The position numbers and the translations under genes were made by a program. Positions 7,780 through 16,637 of a stretch of DNA of 64,000 nucleotides are shown here, in pieces; position 1 is the first letter of the stretch, and each line of letters begins with the position of its first letter. Origin of the DNA: Acidobacteriota bacterium (lineage in GTDB: Bacteria > Acidobacteriota > Vicinamibacteria > Vicinamibacterales > UBA2999); the NCBI GenBank assembly GCA_016192845.1, contig JACPTI010000064.1, positions 9,601 to 73,600 of the forward strand, read 5' to 3'. The notes under the pieces were generated by a model. It was not told where the DNA came from, made no database searches, and saw nothing but the letters and a program-made list of their open reading frames with translations.

Positions 7780-9444
7780 CTAGGCGACGGGGCGCTCAGG
7801 CATTCGCTTGAGCCCTACGAGCTTCCATCCCTCGGCGGTCCGCCTGAAGTAAGCCTGCACCGGGACTGTCCATGAAGGATGGGGCGGATTGATCGCCTCA
7901 ATGTCGATCCGTACGAACGATCCGATAGCAGTCGGCAGACCGACCGGCGCCTGCATCCGGCCGGTGGCGGCCGCGGTTGGCGTGCCGATCGGCCGCGATT
8001 CGCCGGTGTTGTTGTTGAAGACGAACCAGTAAGCGCGATATCCCCCGCTCGGCGGCTCGGCGGCTCGCGCATCGACAGCAGCGTTGTCGAATGTCAGTGC
8101 GCCGGACACGTCCAATGCGACGTTGACAAGAGGGTTGACCGCCGTCAGGTACGCACGGCCAATCCGGTCGCGGCGTTTGATCAACACGTCGGCCAGGTGC
8201 CGCTCGGCCGCGGGGTCGCTGTACTGGCCGGCCTCGACCACGGCGCGGATCAATTCATCCGAAAACGCCATCACCCGCCGGGCGGCCCAGAAGTTGTCGT
8301 CCGCCCGCGCGTTCATGAACGCGGCAGTCGGCACACGCGGCTTCCACGTGATGGGATCGAACTCATCGCCTTCAAATCGGCCAATGGAACGGCGCTGGAC
8401 GTACGGAATTGTCTGCCAGGGACGCAGGTAGAACCCCAGCGATGCAAGGCGCTTCCACGTGGCGTCACCCTCGAAGAGGTATTCGTGTCCTTCATCCCAC
8501 TCACGGGGCGCCAATGCTCCGGTACCGAACGTCGACCCGACATCCTGCAGATAATGCCGGACCCTACCGCGGCCGCCTTCGCTGATGAGCGTATCGAGGG
8601 TATTTCCGGCTTTCATGTCGACGAGGTTCGTCCATGCGCCAAACACCTTCAGCGCGCGCAGCTCACGCCGGTGCTCGTGCGGGACGATATCGTTGGGATC
8701 GTCGGGCCGCGTGCCGTGATACCGGAAGCCGCCAAGGACGCGGCCGGGAATGGCGCGGCTTGCCAACATCCGGTAGGCGCCGTTCGGCTGTCGCGCTGCC
8801 CGCTCGAGCAGCTTGCCGAGATCGTCACGGTCGAGCTGCCGGATCTTTCCTGAGGGCGTCTCTGTGACCGCCTTGGGACCGATCGTGAGATCCTCCGGCG
8901 ACAGCTCGGCAATGTGGTATTCCGCCTGCCAATAGCCGAGGAGGTGAAAGATTCTGTTGGCAACCATCGAGGCCCCGGTGGCCGCCTCGGGGTATTTCGC
9001 CGCCTCGAACTGAATAAACCACGTCACGCCCGCGGAATCCTGCAGCACGAACCCGGGACTCACGCCGGCCGGCTTGGCGCGCGTCACCGTCATCGGCCCA
9101 CGCGCCGGCTCCGGGCTGGTCACCGGTCCACGCAAGGCCTCCTCGATCGAAACAGCCCGCGCGAGAATCCGGTTTGTGAACCAACTCGAGTCAGGCACCT
9201 CGCCGATCGTGTTGACGTTCTGCGCCTTGATGGATCGGTGGTCGCCGGGACTGTCGAAAAGGTTCTGGATCAGGTCGTAGGTCAGAACATTCTTCCAAGG
9301 TTGTACCTTCGACGCGTCCTGCGTCTCCGGCTCGCGGAGAAGTGGATCGTCGTCGTAGAACTTCTGTCCGTTTCCCGCCAGATCGGCAGCCGTAACAGCG
9401 ACGGCTACGATGACGACGGCGATTACGCGGTGGCGGTACAACAC
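7780..9444 (-). CDS. Exported atypical protein-kinase-like protein (PI3/4-kinase/HipA/CotH-like fold suspected)
   Basis: GVSPGFVLQD..G..WFIQF, AW...VDMKAGNT (DxKxxN-like loop), HYLQDVG (DFG-like); hydrophobic N-terminus; GTG 9444 after GAGG. Confidence 0.6.
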   Translation of the reverse strand: MLYRHRVIAVVIVAVAVTAADLAGNGQKFYDDDPLLREPETQDASKVQPWKNVLTYDLIQNLFDSPGDHRSIKAQNVNTIGEVPDSSWFTNRILARAVSIEEALRGPVTSPEPARGPMTVTRAKPAGVSPGFVLQDSAGVTWFIQFEAAKYPEAATGASMVANRIFHLLGYWQAEYHIAELSPEDLTIGPKAVTETPSGKIRQLDRDDLGKLLERAARQPNGAYRMLASRAIPGRVLGGFRYHGTRPDDPNDIVPHEHRRELRALKVFGAWTNLVDMKAGNTLDTLISEGGRGRVRHYLQDVGSTFGTGALAPREWDEGHEYLFEGDATWKRLASLGFYLRPWQTIPYVQRRSIGRFEGDEFDPITWKPRVPTAAFMNARADDNFWAARRVMAFSDELIRAVVEAGQYSDPAAERHLADVLIKRRDRIGRAYLTAVNPLVNVALDVSGALTFDNAAVDARAAEPPSGGYRAYWFVFNNNTGESRPIGTPTAAATGRMQAPVGLPTAIGSFVRIDIEAINPPHPSWTVPVQAYFRRTAEGWKLVGLKRMPERPVA

Positions 9445-9457
9445 AGATGCCTCGACG

Positions 9458-10708
9458 CTAAAACGCCGGCCCCGCCGCAACGACGATCCGCATGCCTTCC
9501 TGGCCTCTCGCCAGATCGACGCGCAACGGGGTCGCGATGGGTGTGTGGAATCGCACGCCGATCCCGTAGTCGATCTTCATTTCGTCCAACGCGAGAAGGC
9601 CACTGCGGAACGGAGCGACTTTCCCGGCATCGATGAAGAGCGCCATATCGAGCCCAACGCGATTCGGAAACCACCGGAGCTCGCCCGAGAGCAGCAGGCT
9701 GTGCCGATCACGGAACCGCTGGTTGGCGTAGCCGCGCAGGCTGTCGCCGCTCCCCAGAGTGGGCATGAGGAAGTACGGTACGACGTCCGACTTGCGGACG
9801 ATCGATTCGGTGCCGCCGCGCAGCGACACCACCCACGTCTCGCGCAGGAGAGGCACATGCTGGACGATCTGCGTGCGCAGGAAGCCAAACGTGCCGCCGC
9901 TGCCACGGAGCGGGTTGAACTCTTCGTACGCCACACGGTACAGACCTCCGGTGCGGCTGTAACCCGGTGATTCCAGCCAATAGGCCGTCGCCGACGCCTC
10001 GCCGCGGAGGTAGAGCGGGTTGTCGCCGAGGAGAGGCGCCGTAGCCGGAGAGAAGATCTGCTCGATCGAGGGAGCGGCGCCGTGGCCGGGCTTCTGCGTG
10101 TAGTCATCGAAGCCGCCGTCCAATCGCAGACCCAGCCACCTCACGGGACGGAGCACCGCGGCGCCCTCCACATACGCGCGGTTGATTCGGAAGTTGGTGC
10201 GGTTGTCGAGGCGCGACGCATTGCCCAGTCCGTAGAATGCGACCTGCGTGGCGTCGACCCAGACGATCGAGCCCTCGAGATCGAGGCGCTCGCCCAGGTG
10301 GTTTGGGGTAAACCCTGTGATCGCAACCTTCTTGTAGCCCCTGACCGAATACAGAGCGCCCACGTCCACGAACGAGTCGTACCCGATGTATTGGCGGTAT
10401 CCGCCACCTGCCGCAAGGCCACCACCCGGATAGACGGATCCCACCGTGGAGTACCACCCCCGCGGAACTCCAAGAATCCACCTGCCCCGCTCAACCTGGT
10501 CTAAGAAGACTTCGACCCGGTTCGGGCGGTACGGCGCGGCCGTTCGCGCCTTGTCTTCCTGTTGTTTTTCGACTTCCGCCGCCCGAGTCTCCCACCCCAA
10601 CGCGGCTGCCGCGTTGGGGGCCCCGGTCTGGGCCGCGGCGGAAGCGGAGCAAGCGGCGATGATCGCCAGGAAGGCTGCCACGAGTCGGTACGTGGTCTGG
10701 TGATTCAT
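9458..10708 (-). CDS. Omp85/BamA-TamA-type outer-membrane beta-barrel without evident POTRA domains
   Basis: Signal peptide, LGSGDSLRGYANQRF (VRGY/F loop), C-terminal YGIGVRF...RVDLA...F; ATGA overlap with upstream gene. Confidence 0.85.
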   Translation of the reverse strand: MNHQTTYRLVAAFLAIIAACSASAAAQTGAPNAAAALGWETRAAEVEKQQEDKARTAAPYRPNRVEVFLDQVERGRWILGVPRGWYSTVGSVYPGGGLAAGGGYRQYIGYDSFVDVGALYSVRGYKKVAITGFTPNHLGERLDLEGSIVWVDATQVAFYGLGNASRLDNRTNFRINRAYVEGAAVLRPVRWLGLRLDGGFDDYTQKPGHGAAPSIEQIFSPATAPLLGDNPLYLRGEASATAYWLESPGYSRTGGLYRVAYEEFNPLRGSGGTFGFLRTQIVQHVPLLRETWVVSLRGGTESIVRKSDVVPYFLMPTLGSGDSLRGYANQRFRDRHSLLLSGELRWFPNRVGLDMALFIDAGKVAPFRSGLLALDEMKIDYGIGVRFHTPIATPLRVDLARGQEGMRIVVAAGPAF

Positions 10709-11532
10709 GAGGCGAGCGTCTTGCGGGTCGTCGCGAGCGTGAACTCGAGCGACTCGCGCGGGATGCTGGTCACGAATGGACGGATCAGCCAGCCGAACCC
10801 CAGGGGGATATCGCGCGTCAGCGATATGGATTCGCACTGGACGTACGTGCCGCCGTCCCGCTCGAGAAACCGCCAGTACGTATACAGCCGCCACAAGTAG
10901 CCCCCATCACGCCCGATGGGCTTCTCTCGCTCGCGCGGCGTATCGGGCGCCTCGACTTCGGCGATCCGCGTACTGTAAATCCGGCTCTGCGCCCGATCGC
11001 GACCGTCACGCTTGAAGCGTGCTTCGTGCTCACTGTTAACAATGACCGTGATGACTTTCTTCATGAAGAACCGCAGGTAGACGCGAAACCTATCGCCATC
11101 ACGGGCAAGCAACTTGGAACGGGCAACGGCAGGCTGATAGATCTGCGCATGCCGGTCGTAGTCCTGAAGCAGCGCGAGGGCCCGGTCGACGGTCGTACCG
11201 GGCACGAACACTAGGCCGATCCAGTGATGGACGAGGCCATCCGGTATGACGATCTCTCTCCCGGCGTCGCGTGTGGTGAGGCGTTCGATGAGAAGCGCGC
11301 CCCGCCGCAGTTCATCGCGATGCATCTGTTGCCGTCCCTCGGGCTGCGTATCCAGCCATAGGAACGCAACATCGGCATCCATCCGCGCTTCGGTCAGCTG
11401 CACGTAGTGATTGAATGCGGCAACTGTGCGAGCCTGCAGTTCCGCTGCTGCGGCTGGTATCGCCCACAACAACAACACCGCAGTGACGGCCACGCTGACT
11501 GACACACGCGTCAGACGATGCGCGTTGTTCAT
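10705..11532 (-). CDS. Exported uncharacterised protein, START/helix-grip-like fold suspected (paralog A)
   Basis: Signal peptide ending AAAA-ELQ; HHWIGLVFVPG, RIYSTRIAEV, YLWRLYTYWR; highly similar to 16638-17471. Confidence 0.75.
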   Translation of the reverse strand: MNNAHRLTRVSVSVAVTAVLLLWAIPAAAAELQARTVAAFNHYVQLTEARMDADVAFLWLDTQPEGRQQMHRDELRRGALLIERLTTRDAGREIVIPDGLVHHWIGLVFVPGTTVDRALALLQDYDRHAQIYQPAVARSKLLARDGDRFRVYLRFFMKKVITVIVNSEHEARFKRDGRDRAQSRIYSTRIAEVEAPDTPREREKPIGRDGGYLWRLYTYWRFLERDGGTYVQCESISLTRDIPLGFGWLIRPFVTSIPRESLEFTLATTRKTLAS

Positions 11533-11542
11533 ATACCGCTGT

Positions 11543-12346
11543 CTATCGCTCTTTCATACTGTTCTGAATGTTTGACGAAGCCTCCTGAGCACGCTTCTTC
11601 GCCTCGGGTTCCCAGCCACTTCTGGCCGCATAGGATTGCAGCAGGCCCATGGCCTTCGCCTTCGTACCGATTTCGGAAGCCTCAACTCCAATCTTTTCTA
11701 CGGCACGGACCGCCATCATGCGGACTTCCATGCCGCCTATAGCGGCGGATGAATCCAACGGTGCGACAAGCAGATCAAGCGCTGTTTGAAAGGCTCCGTC
11801 GTCGCGACTGCCTTCCACTGCTCTGACGACAGCGTTAATTGCCGGAATCCTGACGCCGTTGTTTCCGCTCTGAACCGCCGGCGTCAACACCTTCAATGCG
11901 GCCAGCGCGATCTGGGCGCCGCTTCCGGACCTCGTAATGCTGTTGACCGCGTCAATTGCGACATCACGTATGGGTACCTGGCTGGCTTGTAGTGGTTCGC
12001 CCAACGTCGCCAGCGCGCGGACCTTGACGCGAACGTCTTCAGTGCTGTTGGCGATTTCGGCGATCGCATATACGGCCGGCATCCTGATATGGTCCGATGC
12101 ACTGCCGGCCGGCTCAGCGAGGAGCCCCAACGCGCTCAGTTTCACATCGGAATTCGCGGATGCGAGGCCGATCGCCCAGACTCGGTGAAGCGCCTCGACT
12201 CGAGTTCGGGTGTCAGCGTCCCCGACTTTCTGTTTGAGCGCTACAAGCTCTGCGAGCTGAGTGCCCAGACTGGCTTGCGCGGACGCATGTCCACCCGTCG
12301 AAACCACGGCCACGACGACGGCAACAAACACAGTGCGGATCACCAT
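11543..12346 (-). CDS. Exported HEAT/ARM-like helical repeat protein
   Basis: Signal peptide; recurring S...vR..A..Ai..i....d..vk..AL..L units; SD upstream; visibly lower GC than flanks. Confidence 0.75.
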   Translation of the reverse strand: MVIRTVFVAVVVAVVSTGGHASAQASLGTQLAELVALKQKVGDADTRTRVEALHRVWAIGLASANSDVKLSALGLLAEPAGSASDHIRMPAVYAIAEIANSTEDVRVKVRALATLGEPLQASQVPIRDVAIDAVNSITRSGSGAQIALAALKVLTPAVQSGNNGVRIPAINAVVRAVEGSRDDGAFQTALDLLVAPLDSSAAIGGMEVRMMAVRAVEKIGVEASEIGTKAKAMGLLQSYAARSGWEPEAKKRAQEASSNIQNSMKER

Positions 12347-12602
12347 GCTCGTTCTCCTTTCGCGAGCGACGGCTCTCCTTCTTGGCGGCTTTGGACCACT
12401 ATGCGGCCCCCGAAACGAGAATTTTGTATCCGCTGCCCGGCGCGACTCGGGGCCGCAAGCGGTCCTAGGCGCGGGGAGCGCGCCAAGAGATGCACCTTAT
12501 ACACCCAAACGCCTCGTCCGGTGTCCTGTTGGAAGGCGAAATTGTGGTGAATGAGCCGTTTTTTTCCCAACCGCGCATTACGGGAGTGAAGGAGGTGCAG
12601 CC

Positions 12603-13294
12603 ATGATCGCTTCTCACCTAAAGCGGCTCAGTGCGCGCAGATAGGTCTTCGTCCTGGCGGTTTTTGGCGCGGTCCTGTTCGCCGCTGACTCTGCCGAGGC
12701 TCAACAAACATCGCGGCGCGTCGGCATCGGTGCAGCCATCGGCGACGTGCATAGCATCTTCGCCACGGCGGCGTTGCGGACCACCGAGGACGCCGTTGCC
12801 GCGCCTTTGATCCTTTTCCCGATCCAGATCACGAACTGGTTTCGAATCGAACCTGCGGTAGGCGTGTTTCGCCACAGCCACGACGAACCCGCGGACTACT
12901 CGGTCAATGGAGTCGAGCTTGGGCTCGGGATATTTCCGCAACTGGTCCAGAGAGCTTCCGACTGTATTACGGGGCTCGTGTAGGTTACATGAGAGCGAAA
13001 GAGGAACAGAAGGAAACCATCGCCATGCGCGGCGTGCAGATCACAGGAACGAAAATGCAAACGGTTGATGGGTTCTTTGTCGCGCCCGCCATTGGCGGGG
13101 AATATCTGTTTTCGGACCGATTCAGCCTCGGAGCAGAAGTTCAGTTTCGACACACGTCCATCAAGGGTGACGAGGTCAGCACGCTTAGCGGGCTGCGTCC
13201 TGGGGTACGCGTTCCGAGTGCGCCAGAGGCCGAAAGATTCGACACGTCGGTCTCGACAACCCGTGTCCTTTTCGTCACGCGTTTCTATTTCTGA
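12603..13294 (+). pseudogene. Outer-membrane beta-barrel (OmpA-like/porin) pseudogene
   Basis: AAGGAGG SD then ATG 12603; in-frame TAG at 12642-12644 inside the signal peptide; frameshift near 12955 joins ..GLGIFPQ to FRLYYGARVGY..; ends in beta-signal ..VTRFYF. Confidence 0.7.
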
Positions 13295-13299
13295 GGGGC

Positions 13300-13800
13300 A
13301 AGTCCGCCGTTGTATAGTTGCGCTCGCAGGAGGGAGACAGCAGATGCCGAAGTAATCTGATCCTGGCCTCGTACACGAACGTCGGACTCCTGGCAAAGGT
13401 GCACCAGGAGAACCCCTCGATGCTACCGTCCTTATAGCTGCCGGCCATCCCCTCGGCGATGCCCACGCAGAGCCGTACGAGCAGATTCGCGTACGGCGCG
13501 CAGCCACCATTCAGGAACGAGCATGCCGACCGCCGAAGAACCCGATTCCGAGCGCCAGCCGCAGCGGCAGATTGTGAACAACGTGCTTATCCAAAGAATC
13601 TCTGTGTCAATGCGAAATTCCTCCTGCGGCTCGACGCGCACGGAGAGCTTCCAGAACTCGGTGGCAATCCGCGTGGGAGCGAACACCGAGAGGTACAGCA
13701 CGAAGCCGCTCTGGCTGGCCGTCGCCAGGTACAGCAACGGCAGCAGGAACGAGACCACTACGCACGGCGAGGCTTGGCCACGAGGAGACGCTCAGAAGCA
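13300..13800 (-). pseudogene. Decayed copy of the 6835-7623 membrane protein gene
   Basis: FVLYLSVFAPTRIATEFWKLSVRVEPQEEFRI and GSYKDGSIEGFSW.TFARSPTF match the intact paralog in different frames; 5' truncated, internal deletion. Confidence 0.85.
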
Positions 13801-13819
13801 GCTACAATAGCCGCGGACC

Positions 13820-14347
13820 GTGGGCGTCAACTCTTCGCAAGCAGACGTCGACGATTTGGTACAGGTGGTCTATAGCGAACTGCGGCGGCTCGCGGCGGGC
13901 TACTTGCGGCGGGAACGACCCGGCCAGACGCTGCAGGCGACGGCGCTGGTCCACGAGGTGTACATGCGCCTCGCCAACGCAGGCCGGCCGTGGACCGACC
14001 GCCGGCACTTCCTCGGGATCGCGGCGCGGTCGATGCGGCAGATTCTCGTGGAGCGGGCGCGGGCGCGAGGCGCGCAGAAACGTTGGGGCGCCATGGATCG
14101 CGTGACGCTGACCGAATCGCTGACAAGCGGCGCGAACGACGATGCCATGCTGCCCGCGCTGCATGAGGCGCTGTCGCGGCTCGAGCGGATCGACGCCGAG
14201 CAGGCGAGAATCATCGAGCTTCGCTATTTTGCGGGACTCAGCGTCGAAGAAGCGGCCGACGCACTGGGTATGTCTCCCGCCACGTTGAAGCGGCGCTGGG
14301 CGCTGGCGCGCGCCTGGCTCTTTCGCGAACTGAACGGTCAGCGATGA
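13820..14347 (+). CDS. ECF sigma factor, TIGR02999-type (kinase-associated)
   Basis: VYSELRRLA..YL..ER.GQTLQATALVHEVY, RHF.GIAARSMRQILVE, LRYFAGLSVEE, KRRW..ARAWL. Confidence 0.9.
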   Translation: MGVNSSQADVDDLVQVVYSELRRLAAGYLRRERPGQTLQATALVHEVYMRLANAGRPWTDRRHFLGIAARSMRQILVERARARGAQKRWGAMDRVTLTESLTSGANDDAMLPALHEALSRLERIDAEQARIIELRYFAGLSVEEAADALGMSPATLKRRWALARAWLFRELNGQR

Positions 14348-15828
14348 TCGCCGGCGACCGCTGGCAGCGCGTGCGCGACCTGTTCGAGCAAGCCCTCGAG
14401 GAAAAGCCTCCGGACGTGGGCGCGTGGCTCGATCGGCTCGGGGTGGGGGACTGGCAGGTTCGCGAGGAGCTCGTGTCGCTGATCCGCCATCACTCCTCCG
14501 CTGGATCCTTTCTTGTCAAGCCTGCTAGCGATCGGCTCTCAGATCTCATGGCCGATGACGGAACGCTCGAGCCCGGCCACAATGTTGGCCAGTACACCAT
14601 TGTGCGCCAAATCGGTCATGGTGGCATGGGGCGTGTCTATCTGGCCGAAGACGCACGACTCGGGCGACGGGTTGCGCTCAAGGCGCTGTCGCCCGAGCTA
14701 ACGGCAGACCCCTCACATCGCGAGCGGCTGCGGCGCGAGGCCCGCGCGGCCGCGGCGCTGACGCACCCGGGCATCTGCACGATTTACGCGCTCGAGGAGA
14801 TCGATGGGAACCTCTTCATTGCCAGCGAATTCATCGACGGGCACACGCTGCGCGAAGAAATGGCGAGTGGCGTCCGGCCCGCCGCGACCGACGTCGTGCG
14901 CACCGCCCGGGAGCTGGCCGACGCGCTCGCGGCCGCGCACGGCCGGGGCATCACTCACCGCGACCTGAAGCCGGAGAATGTGATGCGAGCGACCGACGGC
15001 CGGTTGAAAATCCTCGACTTCGGCCTCGCGCGCATCGAGCAGACGGCCGCCGCGGCGGCGCTGTCGGCCGAGGATCGCGTCACGCAGCCCGGCGCGATTA
15101 TCGGCACACCGGCGTACATGGCGCCCGAGCAGTTGAATGGGGTGCGCGCCGACCCCCGTGCGGACGTTTTCGCCTTCGGCGTGCTCATCTATGAGTACGC
15201 GTGCGGCATCCATCCGTTTCACGCGGCATCACCGCTGGCGCTGATCGGACGCATTCTCGAGGGGAGCGCCGAGCCGCTCGAAAGCCGGCGGTCGGACCTG
15301 CCCGCGCGGCTCATCGCCGTCATCGAACGATGCCTGTCGAAATCGCCGGCTGACCGTTTCGCGTCGGCAGTCGAGGTGCTGCGGGCGTTGGAGCGCGTCG
15401 AGCCGGTGCCCGCCTCCCGCAGGATCCGAACGTGGTGGCGAGCGCATCAGTTAGTCCTCATCGCCCTGTACTTCACCGCCTGCGCCCTCGCGTGGCAGGT
15501 CAAGGAATGGTTGCCTGGCGTCACGACGGCAATCTTCGTCGCAACATGCGTGGCCGCGACCATTGGCGGCGTATTCCGCGGTCACATGGTCTTCAGCGAA
15601 CGCGTCACCGGCCTCGAGCCGGCCTCCCCAGGCCGGAGCGCCGCTACGGCAACCCTCGTCGTCGACCTGCTGGTGGCGCTCGCCCTGACGGCCGACGGCG
15701 CCCTTCTCGCGCCCCAGCGCCCGCTTCCGGCCGTGCTGACGATCGCCCTGGGCATCGGCATCGCGCTCGCGCGCGTGGTGGTCGAACCGACGACCACTAC
15801 TGCGACGCTGAGGCAGCCGCGGCTGTGA
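14344..15828 (+). CDS. Hanks-type Ser/Thr protein kinase with C-terminal multi-TM domain
   Basis: IGHGGMGRVY, VALK, HRDLKPEN, DFG, GTPAYMAPE; about four TM helices at the C-terminus; ATGA overlap with ECF. Confidence 0.92.
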   Translation: MIAGDRWQRVRDLFEQALEEKPPDVGAWLDRLGVGDWQVREELVSLIRHHSSAGSFLVKPASDRLSDLMADDGTLEPGHNVGQYTIVRQIGHGGMGRVYLAEDARLGRRVALKALSPELTADPSHRERLRREARAAAALTHPGICTIYALEEIDGNLFIASEFIDGHTLREEMASGVRPAATDVVRTARELADALAAAHGRGITHRDLKPENVMRATDGRLKILDFGLARIEQTAAAAALSAEDRVTQPGAIIGTPAYMAPEQLNGVRADPRADVFAFGVLIYEYACGIHPFHAASPLALIGRILEGSAEPLESRRSDLPARLIAVIERCLSKSPADRFASAVEVLRALERVEPVPASRRIRTWWRAHQLVLIALYFTACALAWQVKEWLPGVTTAIFVATCVAATIGGVFRGHMVFSERVTGLEPASPGRSAATATLVVDLLVALALTADGALLAPQRPLPAVLTIALGIGIALARVVVEPTTTTATLRQPRL

Positions 15829-15874
15829 GCCGGAGGACCCATGCTTTGCGCATTCCAGGTTGGAGGCCAAAAGC

Positions 15875-16576
15875 ATGTCGCACCACCAGGCTCAACCGTG
15901 CTGCGTTCACACGCGCGAAAACAGAGGTCTGCTCGCCGTCGTTGAACGGCGCGCGCTTGTCTGGATCGCCGAGCGCCTGCCGCCACGCATCAACTCGGAC
16001 CACCTGTCCGGGCTGGGCTTGGTCGCGATGGCCGCCGCCGGCCTGTCGTTTGCGGCGTTCCGTTTCACGCCGTGGGCCGCGGCAGGGGTGGTGGCCGCGC
16101 TGGCCGCCAACTGGTTTGGCGACAGTCTGGATGGCACCGTTGCGCGCGTGCGCGGCCAGCAGCGGCCGCGCTACGGCTTTTACGTCGACCACCTGATTGA
16201 TCTGGCGGGCACCACGCTCCTGCTGGCCGGCCTGGCGTGCTCCACGTTGATGAGCCCCCTCGCCTGCGCCCTGCTGTTGGCGGCGTATCTGCTTGTGTCG
16301 GCAGAAATGTATCTCGCGACGCACGCGGCGGGGGTCTTCCGGATGTCGTTCGGGGGGTTTGGCCCGACGGAACTGCGAGTGCTGCTGGCCATCGGGGCGC
16401 TCCAGGCCGCGATCGACCCGTGGGTGTCATTGCACCTGCTGGGCCCAATCCGGCTCTTCGATCTCGGTGCGCTGGTCGCGTCAGCCGGCCTTGCCGTTGT
16501 CTTCGTTGTCTCGGCGGTTCGCAATACGCGCGCGCTCTCTGTGGCGGACCCTCGTCCGACTCGCATCACTGACTGA
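15875..16576 (+). CDS. CDP-alcohol phosphatidyltransferase
   Basis: NW.GDSLDGTVARVRGQQRPRYGFYVDHLID matches the D..DG..AR...G...D..D signature. Confidence 0.9.
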   Translation: MSHHQAQPCCVHTRENRGLLAVVERRALVWIAERLPPRINSDHLSGLGLVAMAAAGLSFAAFRFTPWAAAGVVAALAANWFGDSLDGTVARVRGQQRPRYGFYVDHLIDLAGTTLLLAGLACSTLMSPLACALLLAAYLLVSAEMYLATHAAGVFRMSFGGFGPTELRVLLAIGALQAAIDPWVSLHLLGPIRLFDLGALVASAGLAVVFVVSAVRNTRALSVADPRPTRITD

Positions 16577-16637
16577 GGACAGCATGATGTGCCGCGGGCC
16601 GCCCTTCACGTCTCGCGGGTGCGCGTCCGGCACCCCG

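Noticed and set aside
12642-12644. TAG read-through (pyrrolysine or recoding) in the barrel gene
   Set aside because: A separate frameshift lies downstream and no pyl machinery is seen; pseudogenisation is simpler
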